This document shows positions 1-8,384 of a stretch of DNA of 19,332 bases, one piece after another. The stretch is from Candidatus Thorarchaeota archaeon (GTDB taxonomy: Archaea > Asgardarchaeota > Thorarchaeia > Thorarchaeales > Thorarchaeaceae), in assembly GCA_016839445.1 (NCBI GenBank), contig JAEOUG010000109.1, positions 1 to 19,332 of the forward strand, in the 5' to 3' direction. Positions within the stretch are counted from its first letter, which is position 1. Every line of letters starts with the position of its first letter. A model generated the notes under the pieces. It made no database searches, was not told the DNA's origin, and was given only the letters and a program-made list of their open reading frames with translations. A program made the translations under genes and the position numbers.

Positions 1-2
1 AG

Positions 3-1523
3 AACCTCAGGGATGCAGGCGAACCAGAAGATCTCCTGGCGGACCTGCCGAAGAAGGTCCTCACAGCTCCTGAGATTGTTAGTATCACCAAGAAACGGAA
101 TATGTGTCCCTATGAGTTTGCCAGACGAGTGGCCAAGGTAGTTGATGTTCTGGCGCTATCATACCTCTATGTCTTCGACCCTTGGATCCTCGAGATCACC
201 CTCCCCGAACTTGGCACAAACCCATCGAAAATCGTGCGGATTCAGGATGAGGCCCACAATGTTCCTACAACAGCCCTCGATTGTGCAAGTGACTCTCTTC
301 CGCTGACAACAGTAAGGCAGGCGGTGAGAGAGGCCACAGATTACCATGATTCTAGGTCTAAGGACTTCTCAAGGGCTCTTGCCAAGGTGATACTTGATGA
401 GGCCTCGGACTTGGAGAGAGTGGGGGAGAAGGTAGTGGACCCCAGCAAACTGATTGGAGGAAGCGTTACTACTGCAGGGTTGACTCCATCAGAAGATGTC
501 CTCTCATACATGAGGGACTTCGGGTTGAAGATCCGGCGTGGACTGCTGAGAGCTGGTAAGTTTCCACGTTCGGCGATTCATAGAGTGGCTGAGTTCATGC
601 TTCGATGCCGGAGTCTCGCGGGTAGGGAGGACTACAAGTTCTTCGTCACATCGGCAGTGGGTATTGCTGGAAACCGACGAGTCTCGCTAGACATCACCGC
701 ACTTGATCCGACCTCTGTCACTTCACGTGTGTTGAACGCCCTCCATAGCTCTGTCGCAGTGTCCGGAACCATGTCACCATTGACAGCGTACGCGGAAATG
801 CTTGGTTTCGATCACGATTCACTCGTAGCAACCTTCAGGAATCCGTTCGCAAAGAAGAACAGGCTGGGGCTAATAGTCGAGGGGCTTGACACATCATACC
901 AGAACCGGGGAACCCAGACATACGAGAGAATGGTTGCTCATTGTGTGGCTGTCGCGCACGCCACCCCCGGCAATACAGGCATATTCACAGCAAGCTATCG
1001 TGTGCTCAAGGGACTACTGGATGCAGGATTAGAGAAGCAGCTCGGGGTCGACCTCTTTGTCGAGATGCCAAAAATGAAGACCTCTCAGAATGACAAGATG
1101 ATAGCGGAGTTCAAAGGGAGAGGGGCAGACGGCAGCGCGGTGCTTCTTGGGGTGCAGGGAGGAAGAAACTCCGAGGGAGGTGATTTCCCAGGCCCGTCCA
1201 TGGAGAGTGTCGTTGTGGTAGGAGTGCCCTATGCTGTTCCCACACCCAGAGTCAATGCGATGATTGAGTATTATGATAGAAGATTCTCAGGACGGGGTCG
1301 TGACTATGCCTATGTTCTTCCAGCAATGACACGGGCCATCCAGGCTGCAGGAAGGCCTGTAAGACGGATGGACGATAGAGGTGTCATCATCATGCTTGAT
1401 CAGCGGTTTGGGACACCCTATCTCAGACGTTTCATCCCGGAGTGGTTGCGAGAGGTAACTCACCAAGTCGTGGACAACTCTGAGATGGTTGAACAGCACG
1501 TCAGGAGCTTTTTCCTCTCTTAG
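3..1523 (+). CDS. xpd: XPD/Rad3/DinG-family SF2 DNA helicase (5'-truncated by the window edge)
   Basis: The frame is open from base 3 (NLRDAGEPEDLL...), upstream of the track ATG at 102. Motifs: CPY, SYLYVFDP, motif II DEAHN, SGTMSP, FTASY, GGRNSEGGDFPG, VVVGVPY and motif VI QAAGRPVRRMDDRG..LDQRF. Confidence 0.92.
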   Translation, partial: NLRDAGEPEDLLADLPKKVLTAPEIVSITKKRNMCPYEFARRVAKVVDVLALSYLYVFDPWILEITLPELGTNPSKIVRIQDEAHNVPTTALDCASDSLPLTTVRQAVREATDYHDSRSKDFSRALAKVILDEASDLERVGEKVVDPSKLIGGSVTTAGLTPSEDVLSYMRDFGLKIRRGLLRAGKFPRSAIHRVAEFMLRCRSLAGREDYKFFVTSAVGIAGNRRVSLDITALDPTSVTSRVLNALHSSVAVSGTMSPLTAYAEMLGFDHDSLVATFRNPFAKKNRLGLIVEGLDTSYQNRGTQTYERMVAHCVAVAHATPGNTGIFTASYRVLKGLLDAGLEKQLGVDLFVEMPKMKTSQNDKMIAEFKGRGADGSAVLLGVQGGRNSEGGDFPGPSMESVVVVGVPYAVPTPRVNAMIEYYDRRFSGRGRDYAYVLPAMTRAIQAAGRPVRRMDDRGVIIMLDQRFGTPYLRRFIPEWLREVTHQVVDNSEMVEQHVRSFFLS

Positions 1524-2289
1524 CGAGCTCATCCAGCAGCTGGTCGAGACTCTTCTCTCCTACGACTACCGCTCTGGCAGTTTCGGTGGAAACGGATCGT
1601 CTGCTGCGCGTGGCTCTTCTTACCAGGGTCTTCAGTGACTTGATGTAACCGGGCTTGGCTTCAAGAGTCAAGTCACCATCCACCATCGCTCTCCCCCTTC
1701 GTCCCGCAATCAAGATGGCAGATGACTCATTCGATCCCGGTCCGCCTGGCAGCGTGGTGCCTTCTTCGTTGACGACCTCGATTTCTTCCTTGCTCAGGAC
1801 ATCAGATACTGCTCTGAAGAGGAGCACCGAGAAGAGGCGTGAACCTTCACCTATTCTCACAATGGAATTGCATCCGGGAAAGACCGATGCTACTGCACTC
1901 TTCAGACGCACAACCGCCTCGGCGGTTGCTCGAGGAGAACCAAACGAGTTCTGAAAGAGTGTGTGTCCGTCTGTTACCAAGGCTATGCCAGACATCATGC
2001 CTGGATCGACACCAATGTAGGCATATCTAGGGTACTCGATATCGTGGAGGCGAGCAAGCAGGCCAATTGTCAACAGGAGTGCGTCAAAACCCTCCTCCAC
2101 AACCAAGGGATCAGTGGTTCCAGTTCTATGTGCTTCTGATGGCGTAGTGAGAATGACCTTGGCATCACATAACCGTTCATCGCCTGGGGTACACAAGATG
2201 AAACTGAGCTCGAGGCGCTTCAGGAGCTCAACAAGAAGATACATGAGTTTGGGATTCTCTGTCGCGATAGCAGCCTGCCATCTGTGCAT
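1501..2289 (-). CDS. Conserved archaeal protein with a YqgF/RuvC-like RNase H-fold domain (putative nuclease)
   Basis: YIGVDPGMMSGIALV strand-1 motif, IVRIGEG, VNEEGTT and NESSAILIA match the YqgF-like pattern (GxDxG...DERxTT...DxxAAxxI). Start moved to ATG 2289 because the region upstream holds the TATA elements. Confidence 0.65.
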   Translation of the reverse strand: MHRWQAAIATENPKLMYLLVELLKRLELSFILCTPGDERLCDAKVILTTPSEAHRTGTTDPLVVEEGFDALLLTIGLLARLHDIEYPRYAYIGVDPGMMSGIALVTDGHTLFQNSFGSPRATAEAVVRLKSAVASVFPGCNSIVRIGEGSRLFSVLLFRAVSDVLSKEEIEVVNEEGTTLPGGPGSNESSAILIAGRRGRAMVDGDLTLEAKPGYIKSLKTLVRRATRSRRSVSTETARAVVVGEKSLDQLLDELAKRGKSS

Positions 2290-2311
2290 GGTGAGGAGAC
2301 ATCCAGATACG

Positions 2312-2324
2312 CTTATCACTTAAA
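2312..2324. promoter_or_regulatory. Back-to-back TATA-like elements between the YqgF-like gene and radB
   Basis: CTTATCA on + (TTAT 27 nt before GTG 2344) and TTTAAG on - (29 nt before ATG 2289), inside a 54-nt divergent spacer. Confidence 0.5.
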
Positions 2325-2343
2325 CGAGGATATCCATCCGAGA

Positions 2344-3045
2344 GTGAGTCAGGATTTGATTCTTCCGTCTGGAGTTGGTCTGCTTGACCGGATCATGATA
2401 GGAGGGTTGCACACCGAGGCGATTACTCACATATTCGGAAGAGCGGCCTCGGGGAAGACTACCTTGGCACTTCAGTTCGTTAGCTCTTCGTTGAAACTTG
2501 GGTATGGCTCCATCTACGTCAATACAGAAACAGCCTCTCCTGTCACAAGATTGGAGCAGATCACAGGCGAGGAGTACTCGAAGATTGAGAGCAGGGTCAA
2601 GATGCTATCCCCAAGGGGTTTCGAGGAACAAGGAGCTCTGATAGATGACCTCGACCTCTACGCACGCGAAGACACCAAGGTGATTGTGATTGACACTCTG
2701 ACTAGGCATTACAGGCTGAACATGGATGACCGAAAAACGAACTATCGGAACCACCGGGAGCTCAACCGACAGGCGGGAGTACTGAAGGGCCTGGCACTGA
2801 AGCGCGGCCTTGCTGTGGTTGTTGTGAATCAAGTTACATCACGGCCAGACGGACAAGAGGAGTTCGAACCTGTGGCAAGAAACATCCTCTCGTACTGGTC
2901 AGACTACACGGTTAGAGTCGGGACAGCAACCAAGACAGCAGAACGAGTCATCCGGCGACTCTCACCAGAGGGGACTCCGAATGAGGGGAGACTCTACCTC
3001 TCGGCACAGGGCTTCATTGTGACACTGCCAGATGAGAAAGAGTGA
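2344..3045 (+). CDS. radB: DNA repair and recombination protein RadB (RadA paralog)
   Basis: RecA core without an N-terminal HhH domain: LPSGVGLLD..GG, Walker A GRAASGKTT, YVNTE, Walker B IVIDTL, VVVNQV, ILSYWSD. Start likely GTG 2344, since the track start at 2284 overlaps the divergent gene. Confidence 0.82.
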   Translation: MSQDLILPSGVGLLDRIMIGGLHTEAITHIFGRAASGKTTLALQFVSSSLKLGYGSIYVNTETASPVTRLEQITGEEYSKIESRVKMLSPRGFEEQGALIDDLDLYAREDTKVIVIDTLTRHYRLNMDDRKTNYRNHRELNRQAGVLKGLALKRGLAVVVVNQVTSRPDGQEEFEPVARNILSYWSDYTVRVGTATKTAERVIRRLSPEGTPNEGRLYLSAQGFIVTLPDEKE

Positions 3046-3082
3046 AATTGCCCGCAGTGGGCTGAAGCACGGAGTCCCGAGT

Positions 3083-3643
3083 ATGTATGAAGAGCTAGCC
3101 ATCCTGGAATTGGCGGTCTGGTTGGGCCTGCCTGCGTGGATTGCGAATGCAGTGCCAGTGCTGGGAGGTGGAGGACGGCCAATTGATGGAGGCGCATGCT
3201 TCCGGGACGGCAACCGTATCTTGGGAGATGGAAAGACCATTCGTGGATTCATTCTAGGAGTTGTCTTTGGAACCCTCGTCGGAGTTCTTCAGTTTCTTCT
3301 GGCCCCCTTCCTGAGGCCCCTTCTTGAGATCTTCGTGACTGTATCGACAGACATGGACTACGTGCTCTCGATGCAGATTCCGGCTGCATTCCTCATGTCA
3401 TTAGGAGCACTCACCGGCGACTTGGTGGGATCATTCGTGAAGCGTCGTGTGAATGTCAGGAGCGGAGACCCTTCTCCCGTCCTTGACCAGATTGGCTTCA
3501 TAATAATGGCCCTCATCTTTGCTGCCCCGGTTCTTCACCCAGAACCTGCCTACGTCATCGTTCTGATTCTCATAACTCTGGCGATACACTGGGTTAGCAA
3601 TGCCATGGGCTATGTGTTGGGTCTGAAGAAGAATCCTTGGTGA
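3083..3643 (+). CDS. carS: CDP-archaeol synthase (DUF46)
   Basis: LPAWIANAVPVLGGGGRPIDGG, RILGDGKTIRG, GDLVGSFVKRR, PVLDQ and C-terminal GYVLGLKKNPW, with several TM segments. Start ATG 3083 preferred; 3032 is possible. Confidence 0.93.
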   Translation: MYEELAILELAVWLGLPAWIANAVPVLGGGGRPIDGGACFRDGNRILGDGKTIRGFILGVVFGTLVGVLQFLLAPFLRPLLEIFVTVSTDMDYVLSMQIPAAFLMSLGALTGDLVGSFVKRRVNVRSGDPSPVLDQIGFIIMALIFAAPVLHPEPAYVIVLILITLAIHWVSNAMGYVLGLKKNPW

Positions 3644-3783
3644 GAAGCGAAATTGGTAGTGATTCTCAAAGATAGACATAAAAGGTAACCCAGAACTCCA
3701 TACTGTTGCTTCAGACCAGCTGAGCGTATGATTGCCGGCGGTCGGACGGAGCGAGTATTCTAAGAGCCGGAGTAGCTTCGACA

Positions 3784-4638
3784 ATGATGGTAAAGGACTG
3801 CATGCAATCAGATGTGGTGTATGTTTCAGTACCCGGTACAAGAGATGATGTACTTCAGGTCATGGCTGAGAAGCAGATTAACGGTGTGCCTGTAGTCAAG
3901 AAGGGGACCAAGAACCTCGTAGGAATGGTGACCCGGACAAACCTGCTGAAGAAGGCAGACGAGAATCAGCTGGCTCTGCTCATGGTTCGCGATCCCACAA
4001 CTGTAACGCCTAGAACAGACATCAAGACAGCCCTGAAGACCATGATGGCCCATGAATTCAGAAGGCTCCCAGTGGTCGAAAAGGATGAACTTGTAGGTCT
4101 GCTCTCGGTTCCGGACATCCTTGGAGCTACACTTGAGGATGATGAGAAGTACGGTTCTCAGGAAATATCGAAGTACGTCAACAGGAATATTGCAGCAGTC
4201 TGGGAAGAAACGCCAGTTTCGCTAAGCTATATGATTATGGACATGGCAGGTACGAATGGTCTTGTCGTCCTGAATGCGGGAGGTGGCGTCACGGGTATGG
4301 TCACTGTGAGCGACTACATCAAGCTCTCAGAGGTGACCGTTGAAGACAATGTATCGAAGACCTTCAGCGGAACAGACAGTGCTGTGGAGTGGGGTTGGAC
4401 CTCGCAGGACTTCCTGGTAGTCACAAAGAAGCTCCTCAAACTCCCAAATGTACCTGTGAAGGAAGTCATGACGAAGGATATCATCAACTTCACAGAGATA
4501 ACGACAGTCTCAGAATGTGTCCGCACTCTGAGAAACGAAGAGATTGACCAAGCCCCAGTGTTGTCCGTTAAGGGGAATCTCGTCGGCATGATTGAGGATC
4601 ACGGGCTACTGACCCTTGCTCTCGAGTCACTAGGCTAG
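3784..4638 (+). CDS. CBS-domain protein (four CBS repeats, two Bateman modules)
   Basis: Repeated CBS motifs: VKDCM..VVYV, GVPVV..LVGMVT, RRLPVVE..LVGLLS, VTGMVTVSD, VKEVMTKDI, QAPVL..LVGMIE. Confidence 0.9.
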   Translation: MMVKDCMQSDVVYVSVPGTRDDVLQVMAEKQINGVPVVKKGTKNLVGMVTRTNLLKKADENQLALLMVRDPTTVTPRTDIKTALKTMMAHEFRRLPVVEKDELVGLLSVPDILGATLEDDEKYGSQEISKYVNRNIAAVWEETPVSLSYMIMDMAGTNGLVVLNAGGGVTGMVTVSDYIKLSEVTVEDNVSKTFSGTDSAVEWGWTSQDFLVVTKKLLKLPNVPVKEVMTKDIINFTEITTVSECVRTLRNEEIDQAPVLSVKGNLVGMIEDHGLLTLALESLG

Positions 4639-7600
4639 AAGAACTCTGAGAGAGTGGTCTGTTCTGAGATGAACAGCGAGTCCATTGAGGACCTAATGAG
4701 TCGCAGTCGCTCCTGCATGAACTCGTCCAGGCCGTTTTCTCGGATAAGCTTCTCAGTGGTTTCCAGATACTTCGAGATATTGCTCTGCCGGACTGTCAGA
4801 GATATCTTACCTTCTTTCCCCTCCTTGACGCACTTCTCGCATTTCCCAGAGAGGGGGATTCTCCTAAACCCTTCATTGCAGCTCAAGCAACGGAACTTCT
4901 GAGTGGAGTATGCCCTAAGATTCCCTCGAATGTCCCGGAAGAAGTGACGCATGAGAACTCGAGTCGCGACATCCTGTGCATCTACGGCTTGTATCATCTG
5001 GGCAAGGCGCAGTTGAGCGTCAAGCTTCTCGCTCATCCTAGGGAGTATCTTGTACCTTGAGTTCTGAGGGCCTCGGTCGATGGATGATGTATTGTGAGTG
5101 AAGCCAAAGCCTTCGTACTGGGCCTCGGTAGCCAGCCTGTATTTCACAATGTCGACGAGTCGTTCGACCTCTTTGGGATGCCGTGCCTTCGCCACCATCT
5201 CGTAGAACTGAGCGGGGTATCTCCTGCAGACTTCGATGTTATGGCTTTCGTCATCAACCTCGGTTGGGTTCAGAATGACCGAGAGGACCAGAGGCGCATC
5301 CATTAGTCCTCCCTTCCCACTGGGAAGATACTGCTTAGAGAAGTTGAGTAGTGCATCCATGACAAGCAAGATCGCGTCTTCATCACCATCGCAGTTCCTC
5401 CGCTTCGCGGCATGCCAGTACGGATGGGCGTAGCAGACACTCGCATTGGTGAACCCGACAATCCGACCGATGATTCCAGCTGATGTGTGAGGAGCCAGCC
5501 CTATGATCAGTTGCCCGATTACATCATCTTGAGTTCTGAAGTCGTAGTATCGTCCCTGTCCGTAGACCTTCTCAAGGCAATCGTCAACAAACCTGCCTAC
5601 TCTGAGGAGGTAGTCAGCGCAGTTCTCAGGGACTATGATGTCTTGGACCTTCAGCTCAACAATCTGGTCAGGAGAAACGAGAGGATTTCCCAGATAGTCA
5701 TTGAGATACCCCAGCTCCTCAAGTTTCGCAATGGGGACCTCAATCTCCCTCGGAGTGAAATGAGTTAGGGGGGCATCTGTTGCATCAAATCTTGCTGTCC
5801 CGTCGCGATAGCAGTAAACATCGTGTTTTGCCCGCAGGATTCCCTTTCCGAGATACTCTGGTATCTTCTTTGCATTAGTGAGCCCAAGGACACCTCTGAC
5901 CCCGTGAGCCTCGTACTCACCAATCTCACTTTTCACACGCTCAAGCATCTCCTTCAGATCAACCTGCCACTCCAGAGTGTGACGCGGAGGGTCCAGATGC
6001 TTCTCTTCGCATGTACCCTTTGATGGATTGATTGGTCTGTTGCAGCCAGCCTTGCCACACCAGGGATACAGAGTGGTGTGGACCTTGCAGTCCGGACAGC
6101 GAGACTCAAACTGAGGCTTCCCGCACTTAGGACAGATTCTTGAAACCAGCTCCACCTTCACACCGGCTGCGTCTACATCACCGGTCATGGCATCTGGTCC
6201 GCCACTTTGGGGATCAAGACTGGACTGATATTCGATGCTTGCAGCCACCTTGTCAACTACGCGCTCAGTTCCCCTAGAACGACCCACTGGGAACAAGACC
6301 TGTACGGGGGGTTTCATCCTTCGCTCCTGAGCTTTCTCAGGTCTTCCCATTCTGGCACCGATTGAGAATCCCAGCTTATCTTTCAACACGACGTCTGAGA
6401 CCGAGTTGAGCATCTGTAGAGCTGTTTCTCCCACAGGCTTCCGTTCAATGTTGCCCATCTGTGCAATGATGGGAGACGGATGGTCAGTAAGAATGAGCGA
6501 CTTCTTGTCAGATGACACTCTGTGTGGAATCCCTACCTTCTCGAGTAGCTGTTTGAAGGCGGTGTCACGCGGCAGAGATATGTACTCGCCCTCCTTCTGC
6601 TTCGATAGGGTGTACTCCGAGAGAATCCAGTTTCTGATGTTCAATAGCTCCTCTGGGGAGAGAACTGACCATCTATAGAGATAGCGGGGATGAAGCGGAA
6701 CGCCGATGTTCTTTGAGAGATGGAGAGCTTCTTCCTCTGAGGGAATCCTTGCTAGCGGGGACTCCACCATCTCGTTGAGGTCGATAATGCTCAGCTCGGA
6801 GCCTGAGAGACGCTTGCTGAGCTGCTTCTCAGTGAGCTGAGAGACTGCCTCATCAAGATTGTGTGACCACCACTCCTCGCAGTATCCTGAGGGGGCCAAT
6901 GGATGGTTGTTCTCGAGGAATTCACCCAGGGCAACAAGGATGTCACCTAGAGCAATAATCCTCTTTACTCTCCCCTCGAGGTGCCGTGCCTCGTCAACAT
7001 CCGAAATCTTCCGCACTGAACCATTCTTCAGAAGGACAATGGGACCTTCTATGGTATCAACAGGTGCAACGATGGAACCCTTTCCTGGCCGCTCTGTGCG
7101 GATATGGGTGCCCGGAGCCAAGAACTCCTCGACGATGAACATGGTGGCAGGATGTATGCCGACGCCAGCCAGGCCTGTGTTTCGGGAACGTCCGTACCTG
7201 AGACGGAAACCGCCTATGCGCGAGGGATGCGAGAATACAGGACGACCTGCAATCACGTCTGAGATGTAATCGGATTTGGGCTCGAGCATCTGGTCAGGAC
7301 TGATCTCTTCTTCAGTCTTCGTCTTCGTTTCAAGTGCCGTCAGCTCGTCCAACCACTCCCAGCCTTCCATCCCTGTGCTACTCACTATCTTGGCCAGCTT
7401 TGCCGCCCTACCCACTACTCCATCGTTGAGGACTAGCACCGCACCTCCCCGAACCCGGTTATCCTCGCCAATCCGGGGCAAGTCGCGACTTCCAGTGACC
7501 TCGAATTCTTCAGTGGGATCACCATTCAGCATTATGGGGAGCTTCGCAGCTGCGAAACGGACCATCTCAGGATGAACTGGATATTGCAGGTGGACATTCC

Positions 7601-8231
7601 TGGCGTAGAGTTCTACTTCTTCTAGATATCTCTCAACCTCTTCTGGTGTGGCTCTGAAGGCTGGAAGCTTCAGCACCTGACGAACATAGTCAGCCACAAG
7701 CACCGTCATCGCAGCCTCAGTTCCACCTGCAGCTCGGATTGGTCCTGCAAGGAAGAGCGCAAGATAGAGATCATCGTCAGACCCCCGTATCTTCACCTCT
7801 GATATGCCTTCAAGAGGTGCCGCTGTGATACTCTCCGTTAGGATAGATAGAGCCACGCGTACAGCCTTGTCTGCAGCCTTCTCCTTATCCTGCCGTTTGA
7901 TGCTCTCTGGTGGTAGAGATGGATTGTAGAAGTCCCCTAGTTTTCCCTCGGCGATCTCCTTGGCCACAGCAAGTGCAACTCCCTCGCGAGAGAGGTCCTT
8001 CTGGAGTTCCCTGATCCTGATTGCTACGCCTTTTGGTCCTTCCAGAGTGGCCTCTACACGTCCGGCAACGTCGTGTGCGCGAGGAATCTCAATCCGGGTG
8101 GTAGGGTCAAACCCCATCACGCGGGCCTTCTCCGCAATGTCATAGATTCTACTGACTTCATCACTTAGGGATTCGAAGTACTCCCCATATGCCCTGCTAT
8201 GAGGAGGTAGGGTGAAGCCTTCATCTGACAC
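4635..8231 (-). CDS. polC: DNA polymerase D large subunit DP2
   Basis: AGPIRAAGGT, IAGRPVF, GGFRLRYGRSRNTG, ERPGKG, GARMGRPEKA, DGTARFDATD, GLAPHTSAG, catalytic HAAKRRNCDGDED, C-terminal CxxC...CxxC and PIP box QTTLSEFF. Confidence 0.98.
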   Translation of the reverse strand: MSDEGFTLPPHSRAYGEYFESLSDEVSRIYDIAEKARVMGFDPTTRIEIPRAHDVAGRVEATLEGPKGVAIRIRELQKDLSREGVALAVAKEIAEGKLGDFYNPSLPPESIKRQDKEKAADKAVRVALSILTESITAAPLEGISEVKIRGSDDDLYLALFLAGPIRAAGGTEAAMTVLVADYVRQVLKLPAFRATPEEVERYLEEVELYARNVHLQYPVHPEMVRFAAAKLPIMLNGDPTEEFEVTGSRDLPRIGEDNRVRGGAVLVLNDGVVGRAAKLAKIVSSTGMEGWEWLDELTALETKTKTEEEISPDQMLEPKSDYISDVIAGRPVFSHPSRIGGFRLRYGRSRNTGLAGVGIHPATMFIVEEFLAPGTHIRTERPGKGSIVAPVDTIEGPIVLLKNGSVRKISDVDEARHLEGRVKRIIALGDILVALGEFLENNHPLAPSGYCEEWWSHNLDEAVSQLTEKQLSKRLSGSELSIIDLNEMVESPLARIPSEEEALHLSKNIGVPLHPRYLYRWSVLSPEELLNIRNWILSEYTLSKQKEGEYISLPRDTAFKQLLEKVGIPHRVSSDKKSLILTDHPSPIIAQMGNIERKPVGETALQMLNSVSDVVLKDKLGFSIGARMGRPEKAQERRMKPPVQVLFPVGRSRGTERVVDKVAASIEYQSSLDPQSGGPDAMTGDVDAAGVKVELVSRICPKCGKPQFESRCPDCKVHTTLYPWCGKAGCNRPINPSKGTCEEKHLDPPRHTLEWQVDLKEMLERVKSEIGEYEAHGVRGVLGLTNAKKIPEYLGKGILRAKHDVYCYRDGTARFDATDAPLTHFTPREIEVPIAKLEELGYLNDYLGNPLVSPDQIVELKVQDIIVPENCADYLLRVGRFVDDCLEKVYGQGRYYDFRTQDDVIGQLIIGLAPHTSAGIIGRIVGFTNASVCYAHPYWHAAKRRNCDGDEDAILLVMDALLNFSKQYLPSGKGGLMDAPLVLSVILNPTEVDDESHNIEVCRRYPAQFYEMVAKARHPKEVERLVDIVKYRLATEAQYEGFGFTHNTSSIDRGPQNSRYKILPRMSEKLDAQLRLAQMIQAVDAQDVATRVLMRHFFRDIRGNLRAYSTQKFRCLSCNEGFRRIPLSGKCEKCVKEGKEGKISLTVRQSNISKYLETTEKLIRENGLDEFMQERLRLIRSSMDSLFISEQTTLSEFF

Positions 8232-8317
8232 TGTGAGTCTTGGGGACCTTGAACGAATGGCTATTCTGTGTTTCGTTGGCCGCGCCGTTTGCAGCTCGCC
8301 GAAATTGAGTAGGGAGA

Positions 8318-8323
8318 TTTAAA
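8318..8323. promoter_or_regulatory. Palindromic TATA box (TTTAAA) between divergent polC and rpa
   Basis: The clearest AT-rich hexamer in the 153-nt spacer; it reads the same on both strands. An SD-like AAGGTGA precedes the rpa ATG at 8385. Confidence 0.5.
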
Positions 8324-8384
8324 GGAGAACTGCTGAACGAGTAGATAGTCGGGGTTGCCGACCACATAGAACAAGGTGACTTGG

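Noticed and set aside
3641-3783. Selenocysteine read-through of the carS TGA with a downstream SECIS, or a complete C/D box sRNA
   Set aside because: CarS ends at its conserved PW terminus. The hairpin lacks a clear SECIS core, and no proper box C (RUGAUGA) with terminal box D pair is present.
3431-3841. 136-aa minus-strand ORF spanning the carS-CBS junction
   Set aside because: It overlaps two confident genes on the opposite strand and has no motifs.
5374-5410. Possible intein at the usual DP2 insertion site (KRRN/CDGDED)
   Set aside because: The motif is contiguous and the protein has a normal length. No intein-sized insertion is seen in Lhr or RadB either.
4654-8145. Numerous plus-strand ORFs of 60-136 aa opposite polC, and similar shadow ORFs opposite xpd, rpa, sufS, lhr and the GIFT gene
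   Set aside because: They are antisense shadows of well-conserved genes, with no recognisable motifs or promoters.
8348-8362. GTCGG-N5-CCGAC inverted repeat upstream of rpa
   Set aside because: Only 5 bp, expected by chance, and not seen at the other promoters.
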